DNA of 64,000 bases from positions 79,980,001-80,044,000 of the forward strand of contig OX597831.1 of the NCBI GenBank assembly GCA_951406725.2, written 5' to 3'. The DNA is from Octopus vulgaris. Its lineage: Eukaryota. The notes beneath the pieces are model-generated. The model worked only from the letters and a program-made list of their open reading frames with translations, made no database searches and was not told the DNA's origin. Numbering within the stretch: position 1 is the first letter of the stretch; each line of letters starts with the position of its first letter. Positions 39,696 through 54,619 of this stretch are shown in pieces. Position numbers and translations under genes: made by a program.

Positions 39696-40027
39696 TTTAT
39701 TATTATTATTATTATCATTATTGTTGTTGTTGTCGTTGTTGTTTTTGTTTTTGTTGCTGTTGTTGTTGTTGTTGTTTTGTTGTTGTTGTTGTTGTTGTTA
39801 TGTTTATTTCGAAAAATTATTGACATGGAATCGTATGTAAAAACAGTTAATATTGTATTTTATGAAGGCCCTTTCCGATCTGCCAATTAAAGCTCACAAT
39901 GGCTGATAGGTTTGGACTGGTTTTTAACTATTTTTCACTTAATGCATGTGTGTATATGCATGTATATATATGTTATTTACACACACACACACACACATAT
40001 ATGTAGATACATAAATATACATATACA

Positions 40028-40073
<46 letters not shown>

Positions 40074-40377
40074 CATACATACATACATACATACATACAT
40101 ACATACATACATACATACATACATACATACATACATACATACATTAATACATAGATATACATATATACTTATAGAAATAGCTAGGTACATAGCTTTCTAG
40201 CTAAATAGAGAAGGAAAGAGAAAGAAAGAGAAGGAAAGAGAAAGAGAGAGCAGAGAGAGAGGTTTAGGAAAGGAAAGGCAGAAGAAAACTGTATACCTAC
40301 AGACAGACAGTCTTACGGCTAGACGAAGTGACAATTAAGAAATCATTGAAGACGAGAATGTGAAAACGAGTCAGAAA

Positions 40378-40428
<51 letters not shown>

Positions 40429-40660
40429 CACAACAGGCACACATGCACATTTCTTGAATTACATTAAGTAGTGTTTTCGTGGAACACATCTGATATAAGG
40501 GCAATACAGTAATCTTACGTTTATCTTCTGTCTGCTTGCCAGAAGAAAACCTCTTGAGGTAAAAGTATTCTTCGCCGAGTGATATATTACCCAGTATCAT
40601 ATTTACACTCACCTTTTGTGTAGTATGGAGCAGCCCACATCGCTCCACATCACTTTTCAA

Positions 40661-41010
40661 CGCTGATGAATGCACGACGCTGTTCGAAACCTCTCCGTAA
40701 TCGGCACACAAATTAATAAGTTCATATTAATAAAAATATTTGTATAATATGAATTTTAGATTACTTTATCATTATTACTTTGTATTTCTTTGTAGTATTA
40801 CTTTAGCATTGTTTCTTTACGCATGCTCAAGCTTACGTATAAATACATCTGTTATAAAATCGAAATTTCTTTTCTTCGCTGATGAATGTACGACACTGTG
40901 GGAAACCTTTCGGTGCTAGACATGATACCCAAACTAAATATATCTGCAGTAAAGCCAAATTTCTTTTCTTCGCTGATGAATGCTCGACGCTTTTTGAAAC
41001 CTTTCGTTCC
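40661..41010 (+). repeat. Three degenerate hammerhead-like repeats
   Basis: cgCTGATGAatg.cgac.ct...GAAAcct.tc at 40661, 40877 and 40971. Confidence 0.6.
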
Positions 41011-41117
41011 TAAAATAAAATAAGAATTCATATTTATATTAAAATTGGTATAAACAAATTGTATTTCTCACGTATATCTCGATATGTATTTTCGATTACA
41101 TGATTAATACAGATCGA

Positions 41118-41270
41118 AGGGGCAAGCTGGTAGAATCATTAATGCATCGGACAACATGTTTAGCGAAATTTTCTTCCGGTTCTTTACGTTCCGAGATCAT
41201 CTTTGCCGTCTGTCCTTGTGGGGTCGATAAAATAAAGTACCAGTGAACTACTGGTGTCAATGTAAACCAA
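41118..41270 (+). mobile_element. SINE family B, degenerate
   Basis: ggggcaagctggtagaatcattaatgc...ggggtcgataaaataaagtaccagt. Confidence 0.55.
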
Positions 41271-41909
41271 TAAACGCAGTCCCGTAAAAGTAATGGCTAT
41301 CTAACAAATTTGAAACAATTGATATGAAAGGTGACAAGCTGGTAGACATGTTAGCGCATCGGACTTTAATAATTGTTTAGGAAGTAGTGGGCATGCGCAG
41401 TAACAGCGAATCGTAACATACCCCATTTGTTTGTAATTCCCTACAACTTGCGAATGACGCCTCTGCACCACTGTTAAGGCAACAACCTTCGAATCCATTG
41501 GTCGCTTTGGGCAGTCGTGGCTGATGAGGGTTCTACGAGGCTGGAACGCAAATCCTACCACAATCTTTTTTGCCGATTTTTGCGACACGCAGAGCATGAT
41601 TTTTTTAAATACTTTTCTTCAGGAAAGAAGCAGTGTCCATAACCTTTCAGGGCGGAAATAAAGACCGGCAAACCGTATACGTACTTTGCGGTGTTCTACT
41701 GGATCCTAACATTCTGGGTTCGAGTCCGACCATGCCCTGCATGAGTGGTAGACTTTATCCGTGGTCTGATTTAACATCACCATGCTGGGTGCTTTAGCAG
41801 GATCCATTCCGTTGTAAGCATTTTGGCTAGGTTTCTGGTTCGAAGATACCTCTCTCCTTCCCGCCCTCCAGCTGTCGGAGGACGTTTAAAGAGATAATGA
41901 TAATGCCTC

Positions 41910-42300
41910 TCTTCGTGGTTGTGTAGTTGAAGCAATTCACTTTGAAACCATGTTGTTTCGAGTTCACTGCACTTTAAGCAAAAATCTGTTACTATGGCCC
42001 ACAACAGGGTTAACCAATACCTTGCTAGGGAATTTGGCAGGTGGAAACCGTCAAACACATATATGTGCGTGTGTGTGTCTGTATGTCTTTTTATGTCTGC
42101 TTGTCCCCCACCAACGCTTTACAACCGGTGCTGGTTTGTTTACGTTTCAGTCACTTAGTAGTTCGGTAAAAGAGATCGGAAGAGTAAGCACCAGACTTTA
42201 AAGTAAGTATTGGGATTGATGAGCTCGTCTAAACCCTTCAAGGCTGTGCCTCACATGACTGCAGTCCAAAGACTGAAATATGTAAAAGAGAAAGGATATA
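41910..42300 (+). mobile_element. SINE family A, old copy
   Basis: aaccatgttgtttcgagttcact...caaccggtgctggtttgtttacg...gcagtccaaagactgaaa. Confidence 0.6.
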
Positions 42301-43204
42301 AGATAGAAGGGAGATAATTTCAAACAGTTTTGGTTCTATTCTGATCTCTTCACCAAAGAAACGTTTTCGACTTAATTTTGTGGCAGACACTCTGTGAGGT
42401 TCAAAGAATGTACTGGAATCTGTGTGAGTGAATGAATCAAAGAATGTATGAATGAGTTTGTGAATGAGTCTTTACGATATCGAGTAGGGGAAGGACTAAC
42501 TGATAGAATGAGTAACTGAGAATTTCAGAGAAAATTGGGTAAGTGAGAGAATGAGTAAGTCATTGAGTGAGTGTATGTTGAAGAGGGGGAGAGGAATAAT
42601 GGTCTGTAGTGGTGGCGGTATAGTGGGGGGGCGGAATTGGCAAGTAAATGAATTAATGACTGCCGAATGAGCAGAAAGAGACCGATCGAAGTGTAAGAAA
42701 AAATAAATACGAAATGAAGGAAAGGAAGAAAGAATAGAGAGAGAGAGAAAATAGAAAAACAAAAAGAAAAAATTGCGAAAGAATGAAAAGAAAAGGAAGA
42801 AAGGGACGAGGAAATAAAGGAAATAAGCAAAAAGGAAGAAGTAAAAAAAAAAAAGGAATGAGATAAGAGGTGGGGCGGTGTAGGATCGATCCCGAAATAG
42901 CCGTCTGTTGCCTGTGAGGCTGACGTCAACGAAGTAATTATAGCCTTGTATAATGAACAACGCTAACGAACAGAAGAAGGGGTGGATAGCCTTGCTCAAG
43001 ATGAGAAAAATCACCGACTTAAACACACACACACACACAAATACATACATAAATGTATCGTTGAATGCATACATAGATTACAGCTTTGTGTGTAAATACA
43101 CGCATATATACCACTATATGTGTGTGTATTTGTGTGTGTACGTGCGTGTGTGTACGTGTGCGTATGTACACACACAATATATATATATATATATATATAT
43201 ACAG

Positions 43205-43261
<57 letters not shown>

Positions 43262-43267
43262 TACGTA

Positions 43268-43313
<46 letters not shown>

Positions 43314-43406
43314 CACATAAGATTATTTGCACGAAGACTCGAACATATTGGATCTACCTATGTACGTATCCGCATATACACGTACAGGCGCATATGTATA
43401 TATATG

Positions 43407-43460
<54 letters not shown>

Positions 43461-43482
43461 TATATGTGTGTGTGTGTGTGTG

Positions 43483-43521
<39 letters not shown>

Positions 43522-43622
43522 CCAATAGCCTTACACATACATATACACGTCTATACATCCATACATACATACATACATAAATGTACACTCATACCTTTGT
43601 ACATATGTTTGTACATATAAAT

Positions 43623-43663
<41 letters not shown>

Positions 43664-44142
43664 TAGAAACATACGCCACAAGCGCAGTTATATGAGCAAT
43701 ATACATACATATAATATGCAAAGAAGCATATAAATAGAAACGCGGCTACGTCCATATATCTAAAAATTTAGATAGATATAGACAGAGATAGAGAAAGAAA
43801 GAGACAGAGACAGAGACAGAGAAAGAAAGAGAGAGAGAGAAGGCCATTCTTCTCGCTTGTTAAGCCAATGTGTTTTTGTGTATATATGTGTATCTTTATT
43901 CACATACAAGCGCATAGGATTGCTTTACACTTTAGATTCCAAGTTCATCCCCGTAATCCTCGACACATTTCAACACCTATCTCTATTTTGAAATCCACTT
44001 AGGGACCCCGGATTACTTTCAGATTTCCATACGAAACCTTGGTATGGCCTCAAATGCATAGTAACTCATACACACTAATAGTACACATCAGTTAACAAGA
44101 CAAATACATATATACATATACATATATAAATATACATATATT

Positions 44143-44300
44143 CGACGGGCTTCATTCAGTTTCCATCTACCAAATCCACTCACAAGGCTTCGGTCAGCCC
44201 GAGGCTTTAGTAGAAGACACTGGCCCAAGGTGGCAGGCAGTGGGACTGAACCCAGAACCATGTGGTTGGTAATCATGCTACTTACCACAGAGCCATATGC
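44143..44300 (-). mobile_element. SINE family A, 5' half
   Basis: cagtttccatctaccaaatccactcacaagg...gcagtgggactgaacccagaaccatgtggttgg. Confidence 0.8.
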
Positions 44301-44312
44301 GCCTTTGTATGT

Positions 44313-44597
44313 GAGGCGTGCTCAGTGGTTAGAGCGTCGATGATCGTGAGGTTGTGGCTCAATCCGGACCGGTGCGTGTTGTGTTCTCGAGCAAGGCACT
44401 TTATTTCCGTTCTCCAGTCACTCAGCTGTAATATGGCTCCAGGTGCAATCTGTATCGGCCCCGCCTTTCCTTGTAACACTGGTGGCGTGGAGAGAGGCGG
44501 TATGCATGGCGACTGCTGGTCTTCTGTAAACAACCTTGCCGGACTTGTTTAGGAGGATAACTTTCTAGGTGAATCCATGGTCATTCATGACCGGGGC

Positions 44598-44598
<1 letters not shown>
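44313..44598 (+). mobile_element. tRNA-derived SINE with family C-like head
   Basis: gaggcgtgctcagtggttagagcg...gatcgtgaggttgtggctcaat...gagcaaggcactttatttc. Confidence 0.55.
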
Positions 44599-44669
<71 letters not shown>

Positions 44670-44728
44670 TGCCTCTCTGTCTGGTTGTCTGTCATTCAAC
44701 TTCTCTCTCCTTGCGCCATTTTAGTACT

Positions 44729-44960
44729 TCTTTCTTTACTGCCCACAAGGGGCTAAACACAGAGGGGACAAACAAGGACAGACAAAGGGATTAAGTCGAT
44801 TAAATCGACCCCAGTGCGTAACTGGTACTTGGTTCATCGACCCCGAAAGGATGAAAGGCAAAGTCGACCTCGGCGGAATTTGAACTCAGAACGTAACGGT
44901 AGACGAAATTACCGCTAAGCATTTCGCTCGGCGCGCTAACCATTCTGCCAACTCGCCGCC
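44729..44960 (-). mobile_element. SINE family B, full length, Tx1-like tail, 16-bp TSD
   Basis: gcgccattttagtact occurs at 44713-44728 and 44970-44985. Confidence 0.85.
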
Positions 44961-45850
44961 CTAGTACTCGCGCCATTTTAGTACTGCTTCTGAGACTTCT
45001 TCCTAGACGTTGCTTTCTACACACACACACACACACGCACGCACACATACAGACACACACGCACACACACACATACACACACACACACACACACACATCG
45101 CTCCATCTTCAGAAGCTCATGTAGACCTCTATATACCCATACACACTCATACACACTCATACACACACACACACACACGTCTTCACAAGCATATATACCA
45201 CTCCAGTATCGCTCTCTCTCTCTCCTTCTCTCTCTCCCCTCCCACACACACTCACACACATCAACCAGACACACAGCCATACATCTGTACGTTTACATAA
45301 ACACTCATAAAACCCAAGTATATCACACACACACACACACACACACACACGAATTCAAATCAATTAAGCTGCCATAATCAACGATTCATTAATTAATAGG
45401 ATCCCATAATTTTCACATATTTCATTCTATTCGATGAAATATCTGTCACACCACCACCACCACCACCACCACCCCCAACTCCACCGACAGCACCCCAACC
45501 CCCCACCACCACCAATGTCACTGCTACCACCAACACCATTACAATCACCACCACCACCGCCGCTACCATCAACTCCACCAGTGCCATTACTACCACCATC
45601 ACCAATAACACCACCACTACCATCTCCACCACCAACAACATCACACACCACCACACCGCCACAATCACCACCACCATCATCACCATCGCCACCACCACTT
45701 ACATTAACATGAGCATCAAAGCCTCCACTTCACAAGTTGGTCTTACACATGACGCAACCAAACTATTTACACACATATTTTAAAGTACACACATACCTAT
45801 ATACATACATACGCGCACACACACATATGAGTGCGCTATATATGTAAGTT

Positions 45851-45913
<63 letters not shown>

Positions 45914-46161
45914 GCATATATATATATACACACAAATATATATATATGTATGTATGTATATATATATATATATATATATACGCATATATATATGTATACA
46001 CACAAATATATATATATGTATGTATATATATATATATATATACACACACACATATATATATATATATACACATACACACAGCACAACCATATGAACAAGA
46101 GTACATACGCAATACGCATTTGTATGAATTTACGTGTATGCGCGTATGTGTTCGCGAAGTG

Positions 46162-46237
<76 letters not shown>

Positions 46238-46980
46238 TGATAATTATATGTGTACATATATATGTTTGCATGTGTGCCTTTTATGTGTGCATATGCATGT
46301 GCGTGAGAGTATATGTGCGTGTATGTCTGTGTGACCGTGTATGTGCTTGTGTGGATGTGTGTGTGCATATATTTTATATATTTATCCTTATAATTACTAT
46401 TACGGGTGTTGAGTTACGCCTACTCCACGTTCTGAGTTCAAATTATTAGACCGAACACAATTTTACTTTTCATCTTTCAGGGATAGACAAAATGAAATAC
46501 CAGTCACGTTTTGGAGTCGGGTTTATCGACACCTCACTTTACAAGTTCTAAAACACTTATTTGCCTTACCCTCCATCCTCACCCTCTCCTCACACACCAC
46601 CACCATGGACACAGGATGACCCTTGCTTTCAGCGTCCTATATTCACAACCATCTTTTCCAATATTCAACCTCAACCCTTAAAATCTTTGCTACTTTAAGG
46701 CAAGCAGAGAACTTATCCGTATTGCTCTAATCCCAGCCCAAGCATAAATTCAAAATTATCCAAACAGTAAATGTGGTGTCGCTGCCCCAAGAGGTGCTTG
46801 CCTTGCCCTTTCAGCACCCTTATCTAAGAACAATGTTTGCATAGCACCCTAAACCCCTTTTACCAAAGTAATTTGTCTTAAAACCTATGTCAGTAATGAT
46901 TGTTTATATAGCACGCGAAACGTCATTGTCAGATTTAGATGTTCCCAAGCTCCCTAGAAACTACTGCGTAACTTCCTAAA

Positions 46981-47201
46981 TACCTATTTCTTTACTACCC
47001 ACAAGGGGCTAAACACAGAGAGGACAAATAAGGACAGACACACGGATTAAGTCGATTATATCGACCCCAGTGCGTAACTGGTACTTATTTAATCGACCCC
47101 GAAAGGATGAAAGGCAAAGTCGACCTCGGCGGAATTTGACTCAGAACGTAGCAGACGAAATACCGCTAAGCATTTCACCCAGCGTGCTAACGTTTCTGCC
47201 A
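46981..47201 (-). mobile_element. SINE family B
   Basis: Nearly identical to 3405-3630. Confidence 0.85.
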
Positions 47202-47324
47202 GGTCAACATATGAATGAAAAAGAAAGGGGTACCGTCGTTCAGAGTGAGTGTTTGCCAGGTTCCCCGACAGTCACTTTGTATAACGTGTGTCACTTTGTA
47301 TAGCACACACACGAACGCACACAT

Positions 47325-47388
<64 letters not shown>

Positions 47389-47875
47389 ACATAGGCATGC
47401 ACGAAATTGCGTAGACTCACTGGCCGATAACTGATGAGGAGTTGAGGGCCTTCTGTGTCTGTTTTCCGTTCGTCTGTGCATTTACTAAACGGTTTTCAAC
47501 TTGTGTGTGTGCGAATATTTCGTCTTCTAATTGTTACCGTCATTAGTCTTCGGCCATGCGGAGGTTACCACCTTGAAGAATTTTATTCGAACAAAAATGA
47601 CCCTGCTAATTTTTTTCTTGGGGGGGGGGGGCGAGTACTTATTTACGATGATGCCAACACACCCACACCGGTTGTAAAATGATAGGAAGGGGACAAACAC
47701 ACATACACACACACACACTTTCGCGCAGCCGAAATTGCAACAATAATGTGGAACTCGACTGAGGAAAGAAAACTCCGAATGATCCGTCCTTGTTTTCCTG
47801 GTATCGTCTGTCTGGATATTTTGTTTTCCTTTTTGTTATTTCACCTAACTGCGTTCTTGCCCCATTTTTGTATTT

Positions 47876-47956
<81 letters not shown>

Positions 47957-48035
47957 TGGAACTTTTTCAGTTTCAGTCTCCCAAATTGTGTGTGTGGGTG
48001 TTTGTGTGTGTGTGTGTGTGTGAGAGAGAGTATGT

Positions 48036-48155
<120 letters not shown>

Positions 48156-48409
48156 CGGGATTCTTTCAGTTTCAGTCTCCCAGATCAATTCTCAAGGCTT
48201 TAATCGGCCCGAAGCAATAGTTGAAGACTGTTGCACATAGTGTCACCTTCTGGGTCTGAACCCAGAACCATACGGTCGGGAAGCAAAGTACATAGCGTTC
48301 AACCTCAACCTATATATGTATACATATATGCGTGTGTGTATACATATATAGACATATATATTGTATTTAAATATGCCTATATATGGACATATATATTGAT
48401 AGATAAATT

Positions 48410-48678
48410 TATATAAATTAGGATAAGATCGTTATTTAAATACCCATCTTATCAGGTGGCCAGCATGGGAATAGAACCTTCAAGGGTAATAATTATTATT
48501 AAATTTATAATTTAGGATATCTAAGAGATACCGGCACGCTGGAAATAGCAGCCAAAGCTAGACTCTAAAACCGCATTAAATGTTCATACAGTTGTATGAA
48601 CATTTAATGCGGTTTTAGAGTCAAGTTTTGGCTGTTATTTCCAGCGTGGTGGTATCTCTTAGATACCCTGAATTATAA
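48410..48678. repeat. ~174-bp palindrome (48505-48678) plus flank
   Basis: Perfect 30-bp arms at 48561-48590 and 48593-48622 with a 2-nt spacer; imperfect pairing extends to 48505 and 48678. Confidence 0.9.
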
Positions 48679-48692
48679 CTTTATATTGATAT

Positions 48693-48723
<31 letters not shown>

Positions 48724-49104
48724 CATACATACATACATACATACATACATACATACATACATGCATATACATACAAAAGCACACACATACACACACACAC
48801 ACGTCTAATGACTTTTAGGGAAGTAAGCAAACGCCCATTTTAGATAGTGTCATTTAAAGCTCGAACGAACGCCCAAAATACATATATGTGTGTGTGTGAC
48901 TGTGTGTGCGCGCACGCGTTCGTATGTGTGTGGATTTATGTAGGCGTATATGCATAAATGCACCCGCATATGCTATAAAGCGGCTATAATATCATATACG
49001 TGTGTTTGTATGTATGTGTGATTTAAATAGTCTTATTGACTTCTCTACAATATAATTGTCTCCCTTCTCAAACACACACACACACACATACACACATACA
49101 CACA

Positions 49105-49153
<49 letters not shown>

Positions 49154-49513
49154 ATACATATTTACAATCAGAGATCGAGACATTTGCTAAGCAACTCCAA
49201 GTCACCGTAATCGCGTCTAATAAAAATATTTAATAAAAATAAATAATCGGAAAACAGATAAAAGATCAAAAAAGTTTTTTAAAAAAGTGAAATAAAAAAA
49301 AATTAAGTAAAATCACTTGACATAAATTATTTCTTTCATTAAATTATTTCAAAATGTAATAAAAAATATAATCGCAAAATGGCGTCGCAAAGGAAAAAAA
49401 ATGTTCTCATTGCGGACATTGAACTAAATTTAATTTTTTTTGTCCTAATGAGATAAATATTAAAATTTGTTATTAAAAAATAAAAGGTTACTCTCTAAGA
49501 ATAAAAGAAAGAC

Positions 49514-49545
<32 letters not shown>

Positions 49546-49688
49546 ATTGATGGAGTTGAAGAAAGAAAGATTTTTATAGTGTGAAAAATATATGTCTAGT
49601 CCGTCTTTTAACATGGGAACGTGTAATTAGGGGGCGCTCCACAGAGCAGTGAGTTGCCACTGTATATGTAGATGTGCAAGCATGTATG

Positions 49689-49727
<39 letters not shown>

Positions 49728-49863
49728 ATTGACTGATGTATAGGTAGATACATGCATGTATATGTGTATATATATGCATCTCTCTCTCCTTCTCCCCCTA
49801 TATATATATAGTGTATAAAGTGTGTGGTGTTCATATCTGAATTTATAGAGATAGATAGGTACA

Positions 49864-49894
<31 letters not shown>

Positions 49895-49941
49895 GTATTG
49901 ATATGGGTAGTTAAATGCATCACGCTATCTGTCTCACTTTA

Positions 49942-49978
<37 letters not shown>

Positions 49979-50108
49979 GGATAGACAGATAGATAGATAG
50001 ATAGAAAAATAGATATATCATATATATATGTACATATATATAATATAGATAATATATATATAATGCATATATTATATATATGTATATATATATATATCAA
50101 TCTATATA

Positions 50109-50142
<34 letters not shown>

Positions 50143-50197
50143 ACATACACGCGTATATACACACAAGCACAGATAGACAGACAGAAAGACAGAAAGT

Positions 50198-50277
<80 letters not shown>

Positions 50278-50586
50278 AGGCAAGAAAGAAAGGGAGTAGT
50301 TAGGGTAAAGAGGGTTGCTACAGGGGAAAAGTGAGATCTTTTTTTTAATTGGAAATCTCTAAGTTAATGAATTTCGCCAAGCGACTGATATTAAGCAATA
50401 AGAAATAGTAAAATGATGCGTGCATACACACATACACATACATTCATACATACATACACACACACATACACACATACACACATACACACACACATACATA
50501 CATACATACATACATACATACACACACACACATACATACATACATACATACATACTACATACATACATATATACATACAAACATAC

Positions 50587-50619
<33 letters not shown>

Positions 50620-50674
50620 CATACACACACACATATATACATATATATACATACATATATATATATATGTATAT

Positions 50675-50721
<47 letters not shown>

Positions 50722-50799
50722 ACAACATACATACATACATACATATTACAAACATATATACATATATATACATACATACATACATACATAATCCACACA

Positions 50800-50885
<86 letters not shown>

Positions 50886-51191
50886 CAGTCTGCCTTGTAT
50901 CATCTATCTATCCGAATGTTTTATTGTACGCTATTGCGTTTTTATTCCATATATACATATATATATACTTGCATACGTACATAATATGCTACACAGCTAG
51001 CAGTACTGATACATATACACACATTCATGTGTATACACATATATGTGTATATACTTACATATACGAATACGTATGTATATACTTATAAACGCATGTGTGT
51101 ATATATATATATATTCATGTTTATACATATGCAGATATATATATATATATATATATAAACATATACACATACATATATATACATATGCATA

Positions 51192-51440
51192 TACAATAAT
51201 CTCTCAACTATCGCGGGCGTTAGGTTCGAAATCCCCCGCGATAGGTGAAAATCCTCGAAGTAGAAAACAGTACTGTATTGTATATTGTTTTTTATTATCT
51301 TTATAATTTGTAAATATCTATTTTATCATAAATGCAAAACAACTCCATGGAGGAATCGATGTAAGCTTAAATAATGAACCGCGATAGGTGAACCGCGATA
51401 GGTGAACCGCGATAGGTGGACCTCGATATGGCAAGAAATT
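51192..51440 (+). mobile_element. Tigger/pogo-like MITE (second partial copy at ~54479-54625)
   Basis: Starts ca(a/g)taatc(c/t)ctc(a/g)act after TA, as at 54480. Contains repeated ccgcgatagg, including a 14-bp tandem gaaccgcgataggt x3. Confidence 0.5.
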
Positions 51441-51465
51441 TATATACGTATATACAGAGAGAGTT

Positions 51466-51549
<84 letters not shown>

Positions 51550-51578
51550 TTAGATAGATAGTTAGATAGATAGAGTAA

Positions 51579-51641
<63 letters not shown>

Positions 51642-51724
51642 TGACAGATACATCGACAGACAGACAGATAGACAGACAAACAGACAGACAGCCAGAGAGA
51701 CAGGCAGACTGACAGACAGATAGC

Positions 51725-52826
<1,102 letters not shown>

Positions 52827-52859
52827 CAGAGAGTAGAGAGAGAGGGGGGAGGGAAGACA

Positions 52860-53585
52860 GCCTGTTGTTGTTACTGTTGCTGCTGCACTTCTTGTTGTTT
52901 GTTGTAATTGTTGTTACTACCTCTGCTGTTGTTGTGACTGCTTTTCTATGCAATCTCTCGGCCAACGATTTCTCTTGAGCGAAAGGTTCTTGAGTTATAT
53001 AGTATGTTGGCCCTTTTTTCTTTAACCATAATCTGCAATTCAGTACCATTTAAAAGATCTATTTATTCGCATCTCGTATAGGAAATTTTTTCAATTTATA
53101 AGAAACCCAAACATTCCACATCGGTTCGAAACCATTTCGGAAGCCATTTCTTCATATCGAGCATTCTTAATTCACCGCTCTCTCCGTCAAGTATAATCCA
53201 AGCTAGCACCGACCAAATTAGTAGTTGTTTGGGTAGAAGCAATACCTTTATTTTTGCAATTTATCAGTTTGTATATGGCAGAATTCGAGTAAATTCTTTG
53301 GAAGCGTGTAATACCTCTATGCATCGGCCTCTGATCCAAAACGTTGCTTCTTCTGTCCTGTCTAGCATGGAATGAGCCATGAGGTGTACATCAGCGCAGG
53401 TATTTCTCAAATACTTCTGTACGCGAGTATGTGTAACCCTTTTCACTCGCCGGCCATTCACCACCATACACTGTATGCTACCGTTTTCCTAGAAGTATCC
53501 TCCAAGAACTCTGGTTATACAGTTAATGTGCACCTTTTCTACTATCTTCAATGATGGGTCTTCAGCCTGTCTCAGATCTGACATT
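52860..53585 (-). pseudogene. Possible decayed Tx1-like ORF1
   Basis: Stop-interrupted frames ending DLLNGTELQIMVKEKR/PTYYI and then a Thr/Asn-rich tail, resembling the region before an ORF1 zinc knuckle; same strand as the adjacent ORF2 piece. Confidence 0.35.
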
Positions 53586-53839
53586 TTGTTTTCAACAGAG
53601 CCCCTTTGTCTACTACTACTACTACTACTGCTGCTGCTGTGCTGCTACTGTTTTCACATAGTAATGGTAGATTTCATGACCTTGGTGTTTGGTGCAGCTG
53701 CGTATATTCTGCAAGTTCCAGCTCCCAATCTATTCGTCGTCTCTGCATGGCACCTTGGCAAGTGTCTCCTAACTATAGCATCGGGCCGAATAAAGCCTCG
53801 TGAATGGATTCGGTAGACAGAAACTGAAAGATACTCGTC

Positions 53840-53893
<54 letters not shown>

Positions 53894-54619
53894 AAAAATA
53901 GAATAAGAACGCAGCAGGCGAAAACAAAACATCCAGACAGTTGGATGATACAAAGATGCATGAAAAACAAGGTCGAGTCATTCAGAGTTTTCTTTCGTCA
54001 GTCAACGAAAACAAAACTGTGCACATGGTCGTAAAATTGACTGCAAGTGTTTTTAGTGGCTGACAGAAATCGTCACCTTGTTTAACACCACAACAACGAC
54101 CCTGCGTACTTTGAGTGAAGTCCTGTCTATTGCAGACATTCAGAAGAGGTTTGTAATTCCACGGTAACTTTTATTCTCCTTACTAGGAACAGAAAGTACT
54201 GAGGGATTTGCTTTTCCGTCTCCATTAAATCAATATAAAACTACGAACAATTCTCCCGGATGTACCGCTCATCAGGCAATAGGCGTGAATAATGCTCATG
54301 GTTGTCTGATGAGCGGTTACGTGAAAATCTGTGTAACGCGTTGCGAAATTTTTACGCCTTTGTTGAAACACAATTCTATTCTAACCTTTGGTATTCCAAT
54401 ACTATTTTATCCACGTAGTTTCACATCTATTTGATCGTATGTGTGATTGTGTTCATGTGTATATGTGTGGATGGATATACAGTAATCCCTCGACTGTTAG
54501 GTTCCAAATCTTTTCATAAATAATTAAAATCTAAAAAATATATATATAGCTATCACGGCAGAAACCCGCGATATACTGAAGAGTCCGTGATATAAATTTA
54601 CATATATTAGCCAGAAAAA

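Noticed and set aside
40343-40711. Minus-strand ORF as a GIY-YIG remnant or host exon
   Set aside because: Only a vague resemblance; there are no diagnostic motifs and it runs into a microsatellite.
51376-51430. CRISPR-like short direct repeats
   Set aside because: A contiguous 14-bp tandem without spacers, inside a MITE.
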